Source of the DNA: Octopus sinensis
Taxonomy: Eukaryota
NCBI RefSeq assembly: GCF_006345805.1
Contig: NC_043000.1
Span: 113,274,001 to 113,338,000, forward strand
DNA length: 64,000 nucleotides
Direction of reading: 5' to 3'
Below the pieces are notes generated by a model. It ran no database searches. It saw nothing but the letters and a program-made list of their open reading frames with translations, and had not been told where the DNA came from. Positions 26,504-40,185 of this stretch are shown here, piece after piece. Within the stretch, counting starts at the first letter, position 1, and each line of letters opens with the position of its first letter. A program made the position numbers and the translations under genes.

Positions 26504-27849
26504 CATATATTATATATATGTGTACATACATTTTTACACAAAGACACACAAATATATATATATATGAATATATACATGTGTACATATATATGTATGTATA
26601 CAAACATATGCACACATGCATATATAAATAAATATATGTGTGTGTTTGTGTGTGTATGTATGTATATAAATATATCTATCGATACATGTATACATACATA
26701 TACGTGCCCCCATGTATGTATATATATATATATATGTGTGTGTGTGTATATATATGTGTATATATATATGTATGTATGTGTATGTTTTATATATATATGT
26801 ATACATATATGACTGCATGTATGTATGTTTGTTGTATGTATATGTGTATTCATACTCGTATATACGTACATATATATCCGCATCGTATATCACATTTACC
26901 TCATTACCAGTCTGGGATATGGTCAAATGGTTGATAGAATCGCTAATTTACTGATCTGACTTCGCAAATTAAGCAGCGTCAATCTGTCTCGGAATGCTAT
27001 TGAGATGAATGTTTATTTCTCTTGTTAAGAATAGTCACAATCTATTAGTGATTGGATAATTTAGATTTGTAATTTACTATGTACTCTGCTAAACACTTCA
27101 AACTGTCCATTTACTGAAGATGTGATGTGATGTGATGCTACGTGGTGCGATGTTGTTGGGTTTCGAGATACGCTGTCTAATAGGAAATAATAGACTCATA
27201 TCCTATAAATCTTTTACCGGTTCTGCTCATTGGATAGCGGCCACGTCAGGGCTTTTTCCTTTGTCTCGAACCGCTGGATTACGAAGCTGTCAACAACCCT
27301 AACATTCGCTGTCAATCGATGAGAAACACCAACATAAAGGTACTCACAGAAGCACACATACATAATCAGTGCTTGGAATTAGATTAGAAGACACCGACCA
27401 TGATGCTGCACACTAAAGCTGCCCCTGAAACATCATGAATATGAATTGAACTTGTTGAACACTCTCTAATATGCTTGTCGAACGGATAATCCAGTCGAAG
27501 TAATCCCAGCTACTATTATTGCTTGTTGCAGATTAGAAGTTTTAGTTTTTTCGTATGTAATTCAACAAAGACTTAATTATGTAAAGTAATGTAGGGTGCG
27601 GCCCTGGTGGAATTGTTAGAGATGCCTCGTTGTCTTTAGTTACAGTCCTCTAACTTCGGGGTTTCAATCCCGCTCGGATAAACTCCAACTTTCAAGGATA
27701 CAATGTATTGCTTTAATCCTAGAAATCTCCGGCCTCATAGCTTTCTTAGAAGCAATTATCTGATTCATGGTGTGATGACAGGGCAGAATTCCAGATGGAG
27801 TTCTGTAGCGTGTTAAGAGAGAGCCTAATTTGATAGTATGTGCATTGTT

Positions 27850-27883
27850 GTTGTTGATGATAATGATAAGGGTCGTGAACGTA

Positions 27884-27942
<59 letters not shown>

Positions 27943-28020
27943 AATGATGATGATGATGATGATGATGATTCTGCTGTTAGCGATGATGATGACGATGATG
28001 GTGATAAGGAGGAGGAGGAT
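27850..28020. repeat. (GAT)n microsatellite
   Basis: Direct inspection. Confidence 0.95.
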
Positions 28021-28130
28021 CATCTACTGCAGGTTTTCCTTATGTCAGCAAGCTTGTAGCGGAAGACATTCCAATCGTGATCATCCCCGCCTCTTTTTCA
28101 TTCGGACAATATATCTAAGTCTATATATTC

Positions 28131-28310
28131 TTTTCTACTCTAGGCACAACGCCCGAAATTTTTGAGGGGAGGGACCAGTCGATTAGATCGACCCCAGTAT
28201 CAAATGGTACTTAATTTATCGACCCCGAAAGAATGAAAGGCAAAGTAGATCTCGGCGGAATTTGAACTCAGAACGTAAAGATAGACGAAATACCACTACG
28301 CATTTCGCCT
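28131..28310 (-). mobile_element. 5'-truncated family B SINE
   Basis: ctactctaggcacaacgcccgaaattt tail plus shared body. Confidence 0.9.
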
Positions 28311-28919
28311 TTCTAAGACTATATATTACAATGCCATGAATTAAATGCGGCAGCTTTTGACTTTGAACAAGATATAGGTACTCTTTCTTGCTGGCTAAAA
28401 TACCACGTAATGGCTACCTGGCTGCTTCGTTTGCCAATGTGTATAATAACGATAATAATAATAAAGTATAAAATATGTCGTAATCTCGAAGCATGAATAG
28501 TTGAAAGAATGCAGACATTGATATCCTGATTAGCGGTTCGATCACCTCTCTTAAACTAAGTCCTAATTATACAGATATAAATCGCTGTATAAGGTTATAT
28601 GCTTCGATTGTTAAAACTGTGTGACAATAATAAGCTGTACGGAGATTTGTCAGCGAAATGAAAGAAAGTCTTCGCAGATTAGGGTATATTTACGTATATT
28701 TGCACACAATGTCTATTTTCTGAATCGAATTTACATACCTCGCTAGATATAGACACAAGCATATTCATATATGCACATGCATATATACGTGCATATATAC
28801 ATACTTAAATTTATATAAGAGAGAATGTGTGTGTGTGCGTCTATGTCTGTGTGTGTCTGTGTGTTTGTGTGTGTATGTATGTGTGTATGTATGTGTGTAT
28901 GTATTCATGTGTGTGTATA

Positions 28920-29320
28920 GGCGATGGGCGTGGTTTGTGTGGTAAAATGCAGACTTGACAAACACATGGCTCCAGGTTCAATCCGACTGGGTGGTAATTT
29001 GGAAAATGTCTCCTACTATAGCCTCGGGCTGACCAAACACTTGATAAGAAAACTGACGAAAACTGTAAGAAGCCCGCGGTACATGTGTGTGTGTGCTTCT
29101 GTCTGTGTTTGTCCCCCACCGTCGCTTGACAGCCGGCTTGGTTTGTTTTCCATCCCTGTAACTCAGCGGTTCGGCAAGAGCGGCTTATAGAATAACTACC
29201 AGGCTTTAAAAAAATGAAAAAAATCGAGTACTGGTGGTGATTCATTCGACCAAACATTTCTTCATGGCGGTGCCCCAGCAGGGCTGCAGTCTATAGACTG
29301 AAACCTGTAAAAGATAAAAG
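28920..29320 (+). mobile_element. CORE-like SINE
   Basis: tRNA-like head, ctactatagcctcgggctgaccaaa, gcggtgccccagcagggctgcagtc tail. Confidence 0.85.
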
Positions 29321-29379
29321 ATATACAGATATACATAGACGCACATAGAATGTAACTGATAAATAAATACGTTTGATGT

Positions 29380-29590
29380 GTCTTTTGGCCTGTTCGTTAG
29401 GACAACCATTCACAGACTAAACAAAGTACTCAAGAATAGGTGCGCGGTAAAGAAATTTGTTTGGCAACCACGTGGTTCAGGTCCGCTACGCAGCGCCTTG
29501 CGTTTTTGCGCTTTTCTTTGTTTCCTGACGCTTGACAACCGGTGTTTGTTTGTTCACCTCCCGTAACTTAACGCTACCAGAGTTAAAAAT
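29380..29590 (+). mobile_element. Decayed CORE-like SINE
   Basis: ggtgcgcggtaaagaaatttgtttggcaaccacgtggttcaggtccg head and cgcttgacaaccggtgtttg body. Confidence 0.6.
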
Positions 29591-30019
29591 GAGTATCCGC
29601 GTCGATATATAGGAGAAGGGTTCAGTTTATATTGGTTAGTTTCTAGGAAACTTTTGGGGCAAATCTAGATTCCCTAAAGATCTATGGAGGAATGTATATA
29701 TTTCTCCAAAGACCAGCAACACCAACAACAACCGCAACAGTTGTAGCTTCAGCAAATCTAGACATGCAGATAAGCAATACGATTACCAGTATTGATATTT
29801 CCCCCATACCTATACATTCACACATACATATGTACATATATATATATGTATATGTATATATATGCGTGTGTGTGTGTGTGTCTGTCTGTATATATATATG
29901 TGTACGTGTATGTGTGTGTGTGTGTATGGGGGTCTCGAAGACGCTGGGAGAACACAAACATGGTTTAAACAGTAAGCTCGGCAGGAAAGAAACATGCCTT
30001 TAAGCAATACAAAAGCAAC

Positions 30020-30345
30020 AAAAAATGGAAGGTGCAGTTATGTTCAGGTTGCCGGAAAAAAAAGCAGGACAAAAACGATGCAAGCAGCAAACTGCACGTG
30101 CATTTTTATCGCGTACGCGTAGTATCGATCGCAACAGCTGATGTACTAGCGCGTACAAATGCACGTTTCCACGGCTTTAGCGATCGCAATCTCACCTGGA
30201 ATCGAGTTTTGTAATTTTTTCAAGATTTATATACGCCCTGATACCATCAGTATTTACATATCAAATTTGAGCGCAATCGGATGGAGGATGCCCGAGAACC
30301 GAGAAGACACACACACACACACAGTACGGATTTGATATAATAGAT
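30020..30345 (+). mobile_element. 3' part of a Helentron/DINE-1-like non-autonomous element
   Basis: tcaaatttgagcgcaatcggatg..(ac)n..tttgatataatagat end, same layout as 63100-63230. The family assignment is from pattern memory. Confidence 0.5.
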
Positions 30346-30802
30346 AAGCATAAATACATATATACATATTCACATGTGTACCTTTACTTATAGTAGGTTT
30401 ATGGTTTTTCCATAATTATTCCATGCTAATTTATAAGAAATATTTAAGCAAATGAATTTAGTAACACGGCAGCTGGTAAACATCGTCTTACCATAAAAAA
30501 AAACGAACAATTAAAGAATTGACGATTATTCGTGTTCACTGCCTATTCTGTTTTTTTTTAATTTCTTATACAAATACAATTATTTAAAGCATTTTATTTT
30601 CATTATATACTTGAATGCTAAGCGATCTGTGTAGTTACATACATACATAAATACATACTACATACAATACATATATGTATATAATATATATATATATATA
30701 TAATATATATATTATATATATATATATATAACTTATAAACAAGGCAAAGAAAATTATTTCTATGCCAATATGCTGATAACAGACTTTTAAATCGTCAATT
30801 TC

Positions 30803-30847
<45 letters not shown>

Positions 30848-31738
30848 GCGATAGAGAGAGAGAGAGACGTGTTTATATAGGTATCTATAAATACGTATAT
30901 ATGTATGTGTGTGAGTGGGTACGTATAGGAGCGTGTGTCTAAATATATATATTTGCTTCGTTTGCATTTTTCTGGAATTTTGAAGATTCTCATGCATTTT
31001 TCTTTTTATAAACCTGAATTGTATTCTTTGCTGCACGTGTATACGTGTGCGTGCGTGTGTTTGTGCGGGTGTGTGTGAAGAAAATTATTTATTCGCCCAA
31101 CTAAGAGAACTAATTCAATGTTCTTAAGAAATATTTTTTTTTATGTTATTTTGTTATATTTCATGTTCTATCTGCATCAATATTCTTCATTAGCAGTTCG
31201 ATTCGGGTCACTGTGAGGTATTTCCCTGAGTGCTGCTGTGAACAGGGAACCCAGTATGTGGCTTGGTCGGGTCGTCGGCCACTAAATCACCCCCACCCTC
31301 CATTAAGCCTGGTGAGAAGGGTTGCTAGAAACCCTTCAGGACTAAAAACTTGTCAAAAGGACGAATGAAACTAATGTAGTTTCAACGACCAGCCTAGCAA
31401 CAGCATAGGCCCTCAGAAATTTCGGCTCGGTTTCCGCCGTGCTGCAAGACCACAGGGAGTGAGGCACCCATTAGCTTTTGTTAAAACATGTCTCTAGAAC
31501 CCACTTCGAATCCAGGCTATGTTTGCTGCGACAATCGGCGGTAATTTGGTTGGCAGATCCTTTACGACAGTCGACAATCGACAGTAAGATGAGCTGCTAG
31601 AGAACACATTACCTCAAAGTGTCGAAGCATGTGAGTGGGGTCCAGATGTGGACTTATATTCCCACTTAAACTCTGTTGGCCAGAGCCGCCTGAACCCACC
31701 CTGGGTGAATACTACCGCAAATACAAGTATAAATATTT

Positions 31739-31968
31739 ATTTCTTTACTACCCACAAGGGGCTAAACACAGAGGGGAGAAACAAAGACAGACAAACGGAT
31801 TAAGTCGATTACATCGACTCCAGTGCGTAACTGGTACTTAAATTATCGATCCCGAAAGCACGAAAGCAAAGTCGACCTCGGCGGAATTTGAACTCAGAAC
31901 GTAACGGCAGACGAAATACGGCTACGCATTTCGCCCGGTATGCTAACGTGTCTGCCAGCTCGCCGCCT
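31739..31968 (-). mobile_element. Family A SINE with 11-bp TSD
   Basis: GTATAAATATT at 31727-31737 and 31976-31986. Confidence 0.95.
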
Positions 31969-32159
31969 TATACACGTATAAATATTGCTTTCTACAACAC
32001 CCTGTTCCATAACCAAAATGCTTCTGCATAAATTTCAACAACTTGTAAGGAGATATATCGAAAACGTCACATATTTTCCAGGGTGAGGGTATATGTTATA
32101 TACCCAACTCCTATCCTACAGAAGTGTTACTTCTTTTTATCAACCAAGAATAAGATCAT

Positions 32160-32330
32160 ATATTTAAGTTCAAGTCATTGATGCAATTTTATACTAATTC
32201 CTATTTTTACTTTTAATTGTTATATTACGATTTCATTATTATATTATACTTTAGTTTGATTTTAATTCATACTCACTACATGTTATTCAATTGTTATTAT
32301 TATCTCTAATTTTTATTGTTATTTTTATTT
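32160..32330 (+). repeat. AT-rich interspersed repeat also found inside the 62-63 kb Helentron-like element
   Basis: aagttcaagtcattgatg.aattttatac.aatt.ctat..ttactttt is shared with about 62673-62810. Confidence 0.8.
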
Positions 32331-33417
32331 TTAAATTTCTTACGGAACGTCGTGTGGTTATTATGTGTACATATATTTAACCAAGTTCGGGATTCGAACT
32401 CAAATCTTTACTGATTTTTCAAATGAATACTGCAATGCGTTTCACTCCCAAATCTCCCGATTGTACCAACAAACAGTTATTTATTAAATATACGAATAAT
32501 TTATAATAATAGAATCTCTTTGCAAGACTTGACCTTATATTTGGCACAAACTAATGAATTTTATATACTGATAAACTAAATAAAGAAGTAAATTATCTAT
32601 TAGTCTATCAGTGAGATGTTCAGACGTATTTTCATCGATTTATCGATCTTTATCAAATATAATTACAACATATTTCTATCAAATTTATTTGACAACTTAT
32701 TGTGTTCTTACAATTTTGAAAAACTTCCATACATTCTAAAACATCTTCGTAATGTTGTATATCAAAATACTACACACACTTAAGGATTTTAACATATGCA
32801 TCTGTCTATCTCTAGTGTCATATATATATATATATGTGTGTGTGTGTGGTGTGTGTCTGTGTGTGTGTGTGTGGAGTGTATATATGTATATCAATGTACG
32901 TGTGTGTGTACATGAATCTTACCTGCATATGGTCTGCGTTTCTGTGTCAGTATACGTGTGTATAGTGCACTTATTTGTATATAGAAATGGAAATAAATTT
33001 TCTGTTAGGAGTGATTGCAAAATTTGAACTATCACACTTTGGTTAATGGAAAAATTACTTTCTCTATAAATATAGCAAACAGCCAATTACTGCGACCGTT
33101 TGTTTATAGACTGAACGTCCAACATAGGCTGAGGTCAGAGCTTTCGATATTAGCCAAGTTGATCAGATCGCAGAACACATGAAAATTCTATTAATAATAA
33201 TGATTTCATTTATTTGCCACGAGGACCACAAATGAGAAACATTACGCGTACAAATTAGAAAGACTTCCGCGGATTTACGTGGAATCAATTAGGAAAGAAG
33301 CGTGTATGGAGAAAGAAGCAAGGAAAATGCGTCGAATGGGACAACCCAATATGGACAACAGCCTGTTCGGCGCTATCAAGGAACCCTGTACACGAATGAT
33401 CATTCTACGACAGGTGA

Positions 33418-33650
33418 AGCGTCGAGCTGGCAGAAACGTTAGCACGTCGGGCGAAATGCGTAGCCGTATTTCGTCTATCGTTACGTTCCGAAGTTCAAAT
33501 TCCGCCGAGGTCGACTTTGCCTTTCATCCTTTCGGGGTCGATAAATTAAGTACCAGTTACGCACTGGGGTCGATGAAATCGACTTAATCCGTTTGTCTGT
33601 CCTTGTTTGTCTCCTCTGTGTTTAACCCCTTGTGGGTAGTAAAGAAATAT
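33418..33650 (+). mobile_element. Full-length family A SINE with 16-bp TSD
   Basis: ATTCTACGACAGGTGA at 33402-33417 and 33651-33666. Confidence 0.97.
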
Positions 33651-34056
33651 ATTCTACGACAGGTGATTACCCTCTTTTATCTAATTATATTCTTCAGTGA
33701 GAGGAAAGGCCAAACTGAATGAGGCAGAATTTGAACTTAGAGTGCAGTGAACAGGAAGAAATTAGAATAATTTATTTATCAGCCGCTAACGGTTCGATGA
33801 GATATAGAAAACGCATTTTACGTGAAAAGACACAACGAAAGGGGGTGAGAAAATTTTACATAACTAAAGTGAGAACAAGTAAAAAAAAAGTATACATAAA
33901 CGGATACATAATTAAACTTTAAAAAATTACAACTGCATTATTAAAAACAGTTTTGAAACAAGAAACTATTAAGCAGTAAATAACTCACAAAATTCATTTT
34001 AGAACAAGTCAGAATAGATCACGTCCCTCTTCTTTCGAGAGCGTTCATTCTTAAGT

Positions 34057-34252
34057 CTATTTCTTTACTACCCACAAGGGACTAAATACAGAGGAGACAA
34101 ACAAGGACAGACACACGGATTAAGTCGATTGTATCGACCCCAGTGTGTAACTGGTACTTATTTAATCGACACCGAAATGATGAAAGGCAAAGTCGACCTC
34201 GGCGGAATTTGAACTCAGAACGTAGCGGCAGTCGAAATACGGCTACGCATTT
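34057..34252 (-). mobile_element. 5'-truncated family A SINE
   Basis: Matches the consensus from the tail to ggctacgcattt. Confidence 0.93.
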
Positions 34253-35019
34253 GTATGTATGTGTGTATGTATGTATGTATGTATGTATGTTTGTATGTAT
34301 GCATGCATTTATTTATATATGTGTCTATGCATATAATCCTATCCATTTGTGGGACGTTGTCCTAGCTGCTAAGACTAATCCACGCATGATCAAAGCAAAG
34401 CTGAAAGGTGTTATACCCACCATCATGCAAATACGCTTTATGATTATTTTCTTAAGTCTTTAGAATTTTATTTGAGAGAAATTCTACTGCTGTTTCTAAT
34501 AGTTTTACCAGCTTCTACGAGGCCCGCTCTTTGGCTCGTAAATAGTGATATTTGTGTATTTGCTGTTAGGATGTCAATACGTATTTTAAATTCCCCTGCA
34601 TTTTTGATTTGTTCTATATTGACTTGGCACTAAAATATACTGAGCTGCAAAGCCGCTCATAAAAATCCTCATTAACATCAGCGATGGCTACCAACATTCC
34701 TGGAACTAGTACAGAATGATGTATCAACACAGGAAGAGACGAGTTGTAAAGATCTAATGAATGACGTCTCACGTGGTAGATTCCACTATAACGTTGCTAG
34801 TGATTTAGGACACAGAACTGCGGCAAATTAGATCGAAGCAAACACGATGTTTCTTTGGCCTAATCGAAGTAATGATATTTATTACCCATACACTACGAAT
34901 GGGTGGTATTATATATGTACGTAGATTCAGTGACATACACATAAAGCCACAAACGATTATAGAAACTATTACACACACACACAAATGGATACATACGTGT
35001 GCATCTATGTATGTATGTA

Positions 35020-35057
<38 letters not shown>

Positions 35058-35276
35058 ATAAATTATATTTATATATATAAATATATATATATAATATATA
35101 TATATATATATAATATATATATATACATAAAAAAATATATATCCATAAAAATATCGTGTACATTAGAACACATTAAAGGGATTCCAAATAGGAAAGCCTT
35201 GTGCTAGAAAGAGCAGTAGAAAACTCAACCACTGTGCTAGGCTACTGTAATAATATTTCTATACTTCTTATTACCC

Positions 35277-35317
<41 letters not shown>

Positions 35318-35835
35318 ATATATATATATATATATACATGCATACAGATATACACCCAGGCATATATATATATATATTATATAATATATATATATATAAC
35401 TGGTATTAACACAAAACACAGGCACAAACACACACACATGCGTATATACAATTTAGAATAGAGTAATGTGTCTATCTACGAATGTGTTTGTTTAGATGTC
35501 TTCGTACGCAGCAATGTAGATATTTCCAAAAGGATCGATTGAACACTTCACACCACATCTCTCCGTTTATATCATATTGATTCATAAATGCAAATCCCGG
35601 CGAAAGCTTTAATCAAAAGACACTGGCATATTTCTACTCCGTAGCTTAATCATCTGGAACCGAACAAATCAAACACGTTTTCTACTTTCACTATCGCTCT
35701 CATTGGCTGTTGATTCTTTGGTTTTATATTTCTGTTTCCATTTGGTTTCTTTTTCTTCCATACAACACACACACACAAGTGCACACAACACACAGACGTG
35801 TATCTTATATATATGTTTGTATGTATATATATATA

Positions 35836-35908
<73 letters not shown>

Positions 35909-35910
35909 AG

Positions 35911-35946
<36 letters not shown>

Positions 35947-36042
35947 ATAAATATATAATATACATATATATATGTACATACACATATATATATACATGCA
36001 TACATTAATATATTATATATATATATATTATATTATGTATAT

Positions 36043-36097
<55 letters not shown>

Positions 36098-36309
36098 CAG
36101 TTTCAGGCAACGCTGAAAAGAAGATGATTAGTATGTGCGTTCATTTGGAGGCGACATGATAGAACTTAGCAGACGACATTAATAAATGTGAGAGGAGAAT
36201 GGTGGAGGTAGCGCAGATGTCGTATATAAATGAGGACGAAGTGGAGGAGGAGGAGGTTTTTTCACGGGAATGGGCACCGTTATATGATGTTCTACATGGA
36301 AACTGTTGA

Positions 36310-36345
36310 TAACGACGACGACGACGACGATGATGATGATGATGT

Positions 36346-36383
<38 letters not shown>

Positions 36384-37070
36384 GTGATGATGATAAAGAC
36401 GACAGCGCCATCTCCATTATTAAAGGCGATGATGATGTAGAGAAGGAACAGAGAACGAAGCAGAAGGAGGATAGGAGAGGGGGAATGGGTGGAGGATGGG
36501 AGGGGAGAAGGTTAGGGATAAGGATCGGGAGGAGGAGGACGACAACAAGGAGAAGGCGGAGAAAAGAAGAAGAAAATGAAGAACAAGAAGAGCAAGAAGA
36601 AGAAGACGAAGAAAGCAAGGAGAGCAAGAAGATGATGAAGGAGAAGAAAAGAGAAGATGAAGATGAAGAAGTAGAAGAAGAAGAAGAAGAAAAAGAAGAA
36701 GAAGAAAAAAAAAGATGGAGGGAATGAGTTAGAAGAAGAAGAAGAAGAAGAAAAAGAAAAAGAAGAAGAAAAAGAAAAAGGAGGAGGGGATGAGTTAGAA
36801 GAAGAAAAAGAAGAAGAAGAAGAAGAAGAAGAAGATAAAGAAGAAGGAGGCGATGAGTTAGAAGAAGAAGAAGAAGAGAAGATAAAGAAGAAGGAGGGGA
36901 TGAGTTAGAGGAGAAGAGAAGAAGAAGAAGAAGAAGAAGAAAAAGAAGAAGAAGAAGGAGAAGAAGAAGAAGAAGAAGAAGAAGAAGAAAGAAGAACGTC
37001 AGCATCATCGTCATCATCATCATCATCATCATCATCATTCTCATCACTGTGAACAGCAGCAGTGATAATC
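36310..37070. repeat. Compound (GAC)(GAT)(GAA)(CAT) triplet tract with GGGATGAGTTA(GAA)n higher-order units
   Basis: g.gatgagttaga anchors at about 36721, 36788, 36850 and 36897, the first one as ggaatgagtta. Confidence 0.9.
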
Positions 37071-37210
37071 ATGTTGATAGTAAAGATGATGCTAAACGGC
37101 GGAAAAGAGAAACGGATTTTATCACCTCTTATTACAGTTTTGCAGAGCGTATTACATAAAGTTGTCTTGGGAAATCAACAGTCTTTTCAACGCTAAAAGT
37201 GAAACTAAGA

Positions 37211-37267
<57 letters not shown>

Positions 37268-37410
37268 GCGGAGGAGGATGAGGAGGAGGGGAGGAGGGGA
37301 ATAAGTAGAAGAAGAACAAGAACAAGAAGAAGGAAGAGGAGAGGAGTTGGGGGAGACAGATGACCAGTAATACTGGTAGTAATACCAACAAAAATTGTAA
37401 TAATAATAAC

Positions 37411-37453
<43 letters not shown>

Positions 37454-37639
37454 GTAAATACGATGATGATAGAAGAGAAATGAAAATAGTCATCCCTGGT
37501 AAATGTTTGGGGTTTAGGCAGAAGGCAAGCAATGTTGCAGAGAGGGAATTTAGCGGTTATGAACCACCTCCACACACGACATTTCTCATATCAAATCTCT
37601 TCTTAGACACATATATATCCGAAATCAACTTGAATATTT

Positions 37640-37780
37640 CACTGGTACTTTATTTTAATGACCCCCACCTGGAGAGGAAATTGGCCATCGGAAGTTTGGA
37701 ACGCAAATTGTACGGGGCTGAAAGAAAACCGCGAATCAATTTGTCCAATGCACTAAGGATTCCACTAGCTTGCAGCCTTA
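37640..37780 (-). mobile_element. Highly decayed SINE of the A/B group
   Basis: Reverse strand reads gggggtcattaaaataaagtaccagtgaaata with an aaggctgcaagctagtggaatc head. Confidence 0.55.
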
Positions 37781-37808
37781 AATGATAATAATAATGATAA
37801 TAATAATA

Positions 37809-37859
<51 letters not shown>

Positions 37860-37941
37860 CCAGGCTTACCATCCCTACAGGTAGTGCAAAAAATCGTATT
37901 AACTGGAACGGCTTATGTACTGAGAAGAGCATTATCACTGT
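37860..37941 (+). pseudogene. C-terminal tip of an R4/Dong-type (RLE) LINE ORF
   Basis: GLPSLQVVQKIVLTGTAYVLRRALSL* resembles the QK..LLGTA.ILR..L terminus of RLE-LINE proteins. Confidence 0.55.
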
Positions 37942-38118
37942 GAAAATAAGATCCATTCATGAATTTATTTATTTATCAAGTTTTAAATACATATTTTACC
38001 TGTGAATTTGCGTGTGTAATGCATACAATGAGCTCCTCTGTCCTAGGTGTATGGAAAACACTCGGTGAGAAATGGAAGAAAATTTGAAGAAAGAAGGAAT
38101 AATAATATAAAAGAAGAA

Positions 38119-38149
<31 letters not shown>

Positions 38150-38295
38150 AAGAGAAGAGGAGGATGGGGAGGAGAAGGGGAGGGGGAGGAGAATAGAGGA
38201 GGAGGAGGGAGGAGGAGGGAGGAGGAGGAGAAGAAGAAGAAGAAGAAGAAGAAGAAGAGAATAAGAGAAGAAAAGAAGAAGAAGAATATTGGACT

Positions 38296-38632
38296 GAGTA
38301 ATTCCTTCAGAAGTTATAGAGAAATAACAGAGTATGCCATAGTTATCATGTGAAATTGGCTGAACGATATTTCGGCATCTAGTGTGCCTTCTGCAGGTTC
38401 AAAAATTACATGTCAGTCTACATTTTTTCAGTAACTTCCGGAGGAGTTACCTCAGTCCTATATACTCTTAACACAAAAACAAAAAAAATGAAGTAGACTG
38501 ACATGTAGTTTTTGAACTCGTGAAAGGCAACAAGACAACTATGGCACTCTTCTATTTATTTCTCTATAACTTCTGGAGGTCTTACCTCAGTCCTGTATAA
38601 TCATAACAAAAAAAAATGAAGTAGATTGACAT
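38296..38632. repeat. Nested inverted and direct repeat (foldback-like) structure
   Basis: Arms 38304-38343/38538-38579 and 38397-38430/38483-38517. The central unit is repeated directly at 38566-38632. Confidence 0.85.
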
Positions 38633-38635
38633 ATG

Positions 38636-38920
38636 GGTAGATCGTTCAACACCCTTAAACAACCCTTATTCAGGGATCTTTTGAGTGGGATGGGCTACTC
38701 GACCAGAAGAAAATTCTAACTGGGCCCCACCTGCAAGATCATGTACTCTTTATCTTGATATGAGATCATTATGTCGCGCACATATGATTGTGATGCATGT
38801 ACCTGGTGTGCCCGTATCAGACGGGTAGTCATGATGGGTATACTAGGCTTCGTATAGTTTACTTGTGTGTCACTTTGATGGCATGCACTGCTCTCTCACT
38901 CAGTACTAATTGAAATAGTA
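38636..38920 (+). mobile_element. Probable LINE 3' UTR-type repeat
   Basis: cccgtatcagacgggtagtcatgatgggtatact..gtcactttgatggcatgcactgctctctcactc is recalled as an abundant octopus repeat end. Not verified. Confidence 0.45.
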
Positions 38921-39204
38921 TAATACAAATAGTAATGCCTAATCTCGGGTTATTGTAGAAGACAACTGTGAAAGGATCATTTTGGTTTTTACCATCCGGT
39001 TCAGTTCATGCACTTTATTACATTGTCCCTGAAAGAATAAATGACGAAGCCGACTGGTTTTGGTCTAAGAATATAAGCAGCCGCAGGGATTACCTCGAAG
39101 TACTTCTTTGGACGATATTCCTGTCTGTCAGTTTCCCGCTTTGCATTATCTTTTCTAATGGAGGTAGATATCCAGAAATTTTAAGTGGACTGTATTTATT
39201 GATA

Positions 39205-39436
39205 CGGCGGTGAGCTGGCAGAAACGTTAGCGCGCCGGGCGAAACGCTTAGCGGTATTTTGTCTGCCGCTACATTCTGAGTTCAAATTCTGCTGAGGTCG
39301 ACTTTGCCTTTCCTCCTTTCGGGGTCGATTAAATGAGTACCAGTTACGCACTGGAGTCGATGAAATCGATTTAATCTGTTTGTCTGTCCTTGTTTGTCCC
39401 TCTGTGTTTAGCCCCTTGTGGGTAGTACAGAAATAG
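39205..39436 (+). mobile_element. Full-length family A SINE with 13-bp TSD
   Basis: GTATTTATTGATA at 39192-39204 and 39437-39449. Confidence 0.97.
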
Positions 39437-40185
39437 GTATTTATTGATATTATACTCTGCAGTATATGATTTTTACTTCGATATTTGGCAAGCTGGAATT
39501 AGGAAAGTCATAGAAAACCTTAGCAGATATGAATTGAGACGGCAAAGGTGTGGAGAGTGGTTGAATCAATAATGAACAATTACACCATATACAATATGAA
39601 GAAAGGGCCAAATAACACACACAAAAGAGTCGATTCTGAAAAGTTATTTATATATCCATTAGGATATTTCAAGGAGTTTCAATCTTTATTTCCCTTCCGA
39701 TTGCGCTATAAAGGTTCCCCAGTGTGTTGAATTAGTTTGAACTAGAACGCAAATACTTTCGACGGAAATGGAAAAAAAAAAAGAAAGAAACAATTGTGTG
39801 CGTTGTGTCCTCAAGTTGTACGCTACAGAAGATAAACAACTAGAAACGCTTCTCATAAGAGATCACGGATTGGTTCTAGAAATTAATATGCTCCTCGGGT
39901 GTCCTTGAAAGGAGAAAAATAGCTAGGAACGATAATGGCATGATAAGTAAGAAAAACAAAACTGAGTTAAGACAAAATTAACAAAAGACAAAAGAATTAT
40001 TAGGAACAAATCGAGAAGACAGTGTGCAACACACCTTACAATTAGAGACAATTAACAGGCCTGACGCAAGTAAACAACTATTATGAAGTAGCCACAGTTG
40101 GACGAGGGAAATATCTCTGATTTTTACAATTGGTTCCAGAACAAAAACATAAACAATAACGCACAAGAGGTTCTCTGCTTCATAG

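Noticed and set aside
36230-37047. Acidic or poly-L/S ORFs (165 aa and 251 aa), and similar ones at 10.2, 40.4, 51.6 and 53.5 kb
   Set aside because: They come from triplet microsatellites, are open in several frames at once, and have no domain content.
37360-37785. 141-aa ORF with poly-N
   Set aside because: The N-terminus is (AAT)n and the C-terminal part is the antisense of a decayed SINE.
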